DNA of 63,985 nucleotides, filler included, from Collodictyon triciliatum (lineage: Eukaryota): the NCBI GenBank assembly GCA_043381765.1. It is 6 parts of 6 records of this genome, joined end to end, with 100 filler letters (N's around TTAATTAATTAA, not from the genome) between each part and the next. Parts side by side here need not be neighbours in the genome. Positions count along the whole stretch, not along the records: positions 42,433 to 62,246 come from JBHJMP010000786.1; positions 62,347 to 63,985 come from JBHJMP010000951.1; 4 more parts are not named here. The stretch is one strand, 5' to 3'. The notes under the pieces were generated by a model that worked only from the letters and a program-made list of their open reading frames with translations, did no database searches and was not told the DNA's origin. Shown here piece by piece: positions 57,901 to 63,985 of this stretch. The translations under genes and the position numbers were made by a program. Position 1 is the first letter of the stretch. Every line of letters starts with the position of its first letter.

Positions 57901-58485
57901 AAAATCCTTGTGGAAGCTTATGATTCATATCTGCGAGGCTCCCAATCCCAATGGGCACCGTGTGAATACCGCGTTGCCGTGTGCCTAGAATATGGACGAG
58001 GGGTTAGAGCAGACCCTCATCAAGCACTAGTCTATTACTTGCGCGCTGCACGCAGAGGATATGCAGAGGCTCAGTTGCGTGCGGGTCGCTGGTTGGCAAA
58101 AAAGAGTCAAATGCAGACAACAACACAGTCGAGTCCAAATACATCTGCTATTACACAAGGAGCCTCAGTACAGCCACAAGCTACGACTCGAAGAAGCTCT
58201 ATTACAGCACCATCACAAAACGTCCCATCCAACACCGCTGGCACGACAGAGTCCGCAGCTTTGTTCTTGCGTCGAGCAGGAGAGCAAGGATGCGCTTCAG
58301 CGTGGGTTTTCCTTGGGGAGATGTATGAAAAGGGGACTGGAGGCGTCCCTAAAGATGTAGAAGAGGCTGAGAAGCTCTACAAGAAAGCTGCTCATGGCGG
58401 GAGTCAGTTGGGACATAGATCTGCTCGGCGGCTGAGTGATGCAAAGAAACCCTTTTGGTCGGCATGGATGAAAAACTCCACCTAG
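54963..58485 (+). CDS. TKL-family protein kinase with C-terminal Sel1-like repeats (multi-exon)
   Basis: IGEGGFGIVYQG..VAVKK, LVVEWMDKGNL, PPILHQDLKSANVL, AKLCDFG, GTVQWTAPE, DVYSFGILMWE and CWSQLPLNRPTF. Sel1 motifs include AIEWYEKAA, MYLEGKGCHRDIQKA and LGEMYEKGTGGVPKDVEEAEKLYKKAA. Start is inferred. Confidence 0.9.
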
Positions 58486-59581
58486 CAGCATTTTTCTGTC
58501 AATTATTCTTCTTTTTTGTTTCCCTTTCTTACACATTTTCTCTTTGTGTTTCATGCAATTGAGATTGAGGCGTGGTTGCTTCATTTTGCAGTCCTTGCTC
58601 CTTTGCCTATATAGATAACCGTCCGCCCTTGTCTGCACATTAAAATGCCCCTGATTTTTTCAAGTTTTTTGTGAGTGTGTTTTGTGCTTTACATTTTGTA
58701 TTTTATGCAAAAGAATACAAGAAATATCCTCCTTTCATTTTAAATTTACATGCACTTACCCGAAAGCCGAACGGAACCATCTGCCAGGTGTGATTATCTG
58801 GCTGCATATGTTCGACAAAGGGGGAGAAAAAAAAAATTAAACCCTGTCCATCTTCCGCTCCCTTGCCAGCCGCGCGCGTGCGAATACCAAATGCATCGTC
58901 TTATATTCCACATATGGATTTGTCATCCTATTTTGGATTTCCGCCTCACGGTGCCAAAAGAAAAGGGGGCGAAAGGGAATAAGAAAGTGGCCGTTGTAGT
59001 TTGTCAGTCGCTGTTGTTGCGTCTTCATCCTTAGCGCGCTTTGGCATATTCAAACCCGCTTCGCCACACAGGGAGCTTTCGGCAGGAGAGAAGGAGAGAA
59101 GGAGAGAAGGACGCGATATAGAGTAGGAGAAGGAGAGAAGAAGATAAGGAGGAAGGAGAGAAGGACGCGATATAGAGAAAGAGTGAGGGAGAAGAGGATC
59201 GTGTTGAGTGGGTGTGGAAGAAGGGCAGAGCATCCGGTGTCTTCGAAGAAGGGAAGCAGAGGGAAAAATGACATGGTTAGATATGACCAACAAAGAAAGA
59301 AAAGTAAGGGCAAAGGAAAGTTTTCCAGAGTCTACCCTTTCCGTTTTCAATTTTTTTTTTTAATTAAATAAACAAACAATAATAATAAAAAAAAAAAAGC
59401 GAAAGGGGCATAATGATCATAACGTAATTTCGTTTTGGTTGGGCGAGTCGATCAGAGTCGCAAGATCGGTAGGATGCAGTTTGGCTGTGTTCATGGATAC
59501 TTTCTCACGCGGCAGTGCTTTAATTGAATCTTCCTTCTCAACTTTCAGACTTTATTCCCATAACGCAGCTGACTGTTGATT

Positions 59582-62124
59582 ATGCAGACACAGATACCTA
59601 CAAACACAATGGATCGCAAGGCCCAAGCGCTGCGCAGTGGATCGCAACCGCCCCTCCCAGGTTTCCACGTCTTTAGCCTTTTGGATCAGCTGCGGGCAGA
59701 GTACGAAACACTGTCGAGAGAGGCACACTCGTATAAAACGCAGAAAGAGGACTACGAGCGCAAGTGTAAGTTCCTTTCTTTTTCTTTTTCTTTTTCTTTT
59801 CTTTTCTTTTTCTTTTTCTTTTCTTTTTCTTTTCTTTTTCTTTTTCTTTTTCTTTTTCTTTTTCTTTTTCTTTTTCTTTTTCTTTTTCGTAAAGACTGGG
59901 CATGTCATGTTGATCTCACTCTTACTATAATAATTCGTATTTTTGAACCTATTCCCCCGTTAAACTACGTGCGAATATGGAATTATGCAGTGCAGGCTCA
60001 GTTGGCAGAACTGGGGACAATACAGCAGGCACTGCTAGAGATGGAGAAAAGCCATGTTCGTATGAAGCAACAGTAATAATCATGTTTCTTTTTTCTGTGT
60101 ATTCTCTTTTTATCTTGTTTTCTTTTCATTATTTTTTTTTGTCCATCTTCTCCTTCTCTCCAATCTGAATATCAACTTCATGATAACACCGCATAGCAAT
60201 ATTTCTCTGAAGCCCCTGTTTATTATTCCCCTTCGAAACCCCCGCTTCTCGCCCTCCATCACCAAAGTGTTTAGATTTATATTCACGTAGATATGAAGAA
60301 GAACTGAATAGATACAGACGTGCCTCAGACCCAGGTGCTCTACCGCGTGAAATCCCACCGCCGTTCATAAGTATATAGAAGTTTTAATTTGAAATCCATG
60401 AAATTAAGAGAAAAGAAAAGTTCATCTAAGCCAGGATCGATGGTTGATTAATATATTACATCGCTAAATATTGTAGCGGAGAAGACAACGCCGTTTCCTA
60501 CGTTTATGCCCCAGCCCCAGAGTATGCAGATATATCCAAGTAGCCTACATACAAGTCCAAATATATGAATGTAATCTATAAGTTTTACTTCACCGGCTAG
60601 GCCTCAATTCCGCTCTTCCATTCAACGCAACCTCAAACGAGAAGAAGCATTCCGTGAATGGAAATTCTCAATTGCATTCATCATACGTTCCACAATCCCC
60701 AAATGCCCCTAGTCACCCAAAAAAGCACCGTTTAGATGACACACTGTCTCATACAAATCAGAATCCAAGTAAACTTTGATTATTATGGTGTCTATTAACC
60801 ATACTTTGCTTTTCTCTATTTGATTCACTATTCAAGATTTTCTTATTGTATAATTCAGCCCATCGAAGCATGCATATTGCAGAGGTTTTTTTAAAATTTC
60901 TTTTTCTTACCTCAATACATCATTTATTTATTTAAATATTATTTATATATTTTGATACGCATCATTAAAAATGGGTTCCAATTTGCTTGGATGCTTAACT
61001 AAATCTGTTAATTTCATGGCAGCCTCGCGAATCTAAAAGCCCAGTGATGCGTCCTCAGGGCACGGACCATATCCTAATGTGGCACATGAAAACGATATAA
61101 GTCATTCATACAATTTCTTATGGAGAATTTTATCCTTCACTCTTTCCATACACCGTTCATTCGCCTCTGGAGTACCCGGAGATGGGATTCAGCGTGATTA
61201 TCGCCCGCGAACTCCGACGATGGACGAATCTGATTCCACCAGGTTTTATAGGACTAGTCTATGGTATGCTGTATTTCATATCCTAACGTCAGAATATTAT
61301 CGCAATACACAGGCATTTGAAGGATGAAAGAAGAATGAATGCAGTTGACCGGAAACCGAAAGAAACTCCTGATTGGACTGTCTCGTTTGTATTCCCAAAC
61401 ATACACCTTCCCCGCATAGCTGCTTCTTTATCGTCTTTGAAATGGATAATAGTATTATGACTGCTCTCTATTGTTTCTTTTCTGTGTATCTTTCTCGTAA
61501 CCGCGAAACATTATGGGTATTAGGAAAAATCCAAACGCATATGCCAACCATATGTTTGTAGACTTGGCACATACTTTGGACCATTCTAGTGTAGTGTGCT
61601 GTGTAAAATTCAGTGGAGATGGAAGGCATCTTGCGACTGGATGTAACAAGAGTGCTCAAATATACGACGTAGAAACAGGAGAGAAGACCAGGTTAGATTG
61701 CGTATGTTGTACGAAGTAATCAACTTTCTTTTTTTCTTTTTTTTCTTTTTTTCTTTTTCTTTTTTCTTTTCTTTTTCTTTTTCTTTTTCTTTTTCTTTTT
61801 CTTTTTCTTTTTCTTTTTCTTTTTCTTTTTCTTTTTCTTTTTTTTCTTTTTTTTCTTTTTTTTCTTTTTTTTCTTTTATGAGCACTCTTTAGTATGGGTA
61901 ACAAATTTCATATTCGGATTTTTGCTGAGTGTAGATAGTGCGGCCTGCATCAGAATGTTCATTCAAAAAAAAACTAATTTTTGCATTTCTGCATCAGTTT
62001 GTTTAATGAAGAGTTATTGGATGTGGATGGAACGCGCAAGGATGGAGACCTTTATATTCGCTCTGTCTGCTTCAGTCCTGATGGCAAATTATTGGCTGCA
62101 GGTGCGGAAGACCAGACTGTCAAG
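59582..62124 (+). CDS. TUP1: TUP1/TupA-like transcriptional co-repressor (Tup_N + WD40), 3' end missing
   Basis: Tup_[65 protein letters not shown]40: [36 protein letters not shown] and [26 protein letters not shown]. Confidence 0.93.
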
Positions 62125-62246
62125 GTTTGATGCTTTCTTTTTCTTTTTTTCTCTTTTTCTCTTTTTTCTCTTTTTTCTCTTTTTTCTCTTTTTTCTCTTT
62201 TTTCTCTTTTTTCTCTTTTTTCTCTTTTTTCTCTTTTTTCTCTTTT

Positions 62247-62346
62247 NNNNNNNNNNNNNNNNNNNNNNNNNNNNNNNNNNNNNNNNNNNNTTAATTAATT
62301 AANNNNNNNNNNNNNNNNNNNNNNNNNNNNNNNNNNNNNNNNNNNN
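62247..62346. other. Artificial scaffold linker
   Basis: N-TTAATTAATTAA-N. Confidence 0.97.
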
Positions 62347-62525
62347 AAATAATAAATCTACACTAACGAGAAAATGTTACGAAAAAAAAAAGGGAAGATA
62401 ATTTAAAAAAAAAAAAAGGGGGAGGGGGGGGGGGGGGGGGAGAGAGAGGTCAGCATACCATAGACAAGTAGAATGAGAGCTGCTATATTATTCTTGTTCA
62501 AGATAGAGTAATTTTGTGACTCACC

Positions 62526-63530
62526 ATTTCATAGAGCTGGAGTTGTTTGAGGGCGTCCTCGAAGCTCATGGACATGGTGCGCATATTCCTCTCCGGGTTA
62601 GTGTAGCAAGGAAGGGCTGAAATAGCTCTTGGGGCCCTCTTGATTGTAATCTCTCCTCGATGCTCTATGTAGAGACACTTTAAATTGGATAGGACGGCAA
62701 TCTGAGCCGGGAGCTCGTTCATCTAGTGGATTTATTTTATTTATTGCTGGGCAATAACAATAATAATAACAATAATAATAACAATAATAATAACATACAG
62801 GATTGTCGATAAGATTGAGAGTTTCCAGGGCAATTAACCCTGATATTCCTCTCGATAAAAGGGAAATCCGATTTGATGAAACATCGAGTTTGGTTAGGTG
62901 TACCAAAGCTGATATTGTCTCTGGTAAGGAAGACAGCTGGTTTTGTTGAATGAAAAGGTCTTTCAGGCTTATCATTCGAGAAATTCCCGGAGGCAAAAAG
63001 GATATCTCATTCCAAGACAAGTTCAGGAGGGAGAGGGATGTTATGTCAAGCACTTCAACGGGAAAGTGAGAAAAAAGGTTGTATGTGACATCCAGAATCC
63101 TCAGAGACTGAACCCCGGATATGCTCACAGGGAGAGCCGAGAGCTGATTGGACGGGATTTTGAGACACGCCAGGTTCATCAATCCAGATATCTGTGGAGG
63201 CAGAGCAGAGATCATATTGTCACCAGCAAGCAGCTCTGTGAGCTGGGTAAGGACTGAGAGCTCAGAGGGGAGAGAGGATAGTTTGTTCGAGTAGACATGC
63301 AGGACTTTCAGCTCGGTCAGTCTTGACACTTCAGCCGGAAGGAGTGAGATTTGGTTGCTGTGGGCCTCAAGGTTCACCAGGTTGCTCAAAGAAAAGACTT
63401 TTGGTGGAATCGTGGCCACATCCTTGCCGTTGATCCAGAGCCTTGTGCAGATGTCAATGACCCCGTAGTTCGGGCTGAATGAAGGCCGCAAAGCTGCCAA
63501 CTCATCCGCATACAGGGCAGGCGGCTCCAT
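62526..63530 (-). CDS. Leucine-rich repeat protein (3' end missing), paralog of the LRR-kinase at 24330-26885
   Basis: About nine 23-aa LxxLxLxxNxLxxLP repeats, with an in-phase splice to the exon MNELPAQIAVLSNLKCL..ISALPCY. Confidence 0.88.
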
Positions 63531-63985
63531 CGAGTTTCTATACTATAGAGGCACAGCTTCGTCGTATCAGCAACCTTTCGCTATCAATGGATCTTGTCTT
63601 GGGGTTCTGCGCCGCCCAGCTTGGCGTGCAGATTGTTTTTTTAGTGGCAGCCGTTGGCGATCGAAAGAGTTGTGAAAGAAAAACAATATTCTCCACTTTA
63701 GGATAATTTTATTAAAGTGGAAATTTAAATAAAAAGGTTTAAATCGCTATGGCATTTTTTTACGGCTGAAATGGCGCATGTAGTTTATACATATTCTGAT
63801 TCCAGACAAATTTCACTTTACTAGAACGTCCCTTTCTTTGTTTATGCTCCAGAGGATACAACCGTCCCCCTTTATGCAACGGTTTAGTGCAACTGACCCC
63901 GCGTTTCGGTCTGTTGGCAAGCAAAAGGTGCAAGTATTCTGGTGGTGGGATAGAATAAAATTCGCTCAAAGGAGATAAGCCAAAC

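Overview
Eukaryotic (protist-like) genomic DNA with intron-rich genes and microsatellite-filled introns. The window joins six separate scaffolds through artificial N-TTAATTAATTAA-N linkers (6370-6469, 13713-13812, 27850-27949, 42333-42432, 62247-62346), so gene adjacency across the linkers means nothing. Host genes reconstructed by hand from exons: a plant-type DYRK (DYRKP) kinase, an EF-hand protein, a 51-aa membrane microprotein, the first exon of a nicotinamidase, YME2, a MAPR/cytochrome b5-like protein, an LRR-kinase and a paralogous LRR protein, an FAE1-type 3-ketoacyl-CoA synthase, NEDD8, SANBR/KIAA1841, a TKL kinase with Sel1 repeats, and TUP1. The main discovery is an intronless, gene-dense block at about 42433-54274 that is a probable endogenous Polinton-like virus. 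It carries an rve integrase, a PolA-like (TVpol) polymerase fused to a D5/SF3 helicase with no pPolB visible, an A32-like packaging ATPase, a disrupted major capsid protein and several orphan ORFs. It also has a shared upstream motif (CTTAAAAA about 30 nt before ATG), a palindromic origin-like region and a terminal 29-bp hairpin tandem repeat. At least four host introns require GC-AG splicing. All family assignments come from recognising motifs by eye; no searches were run.
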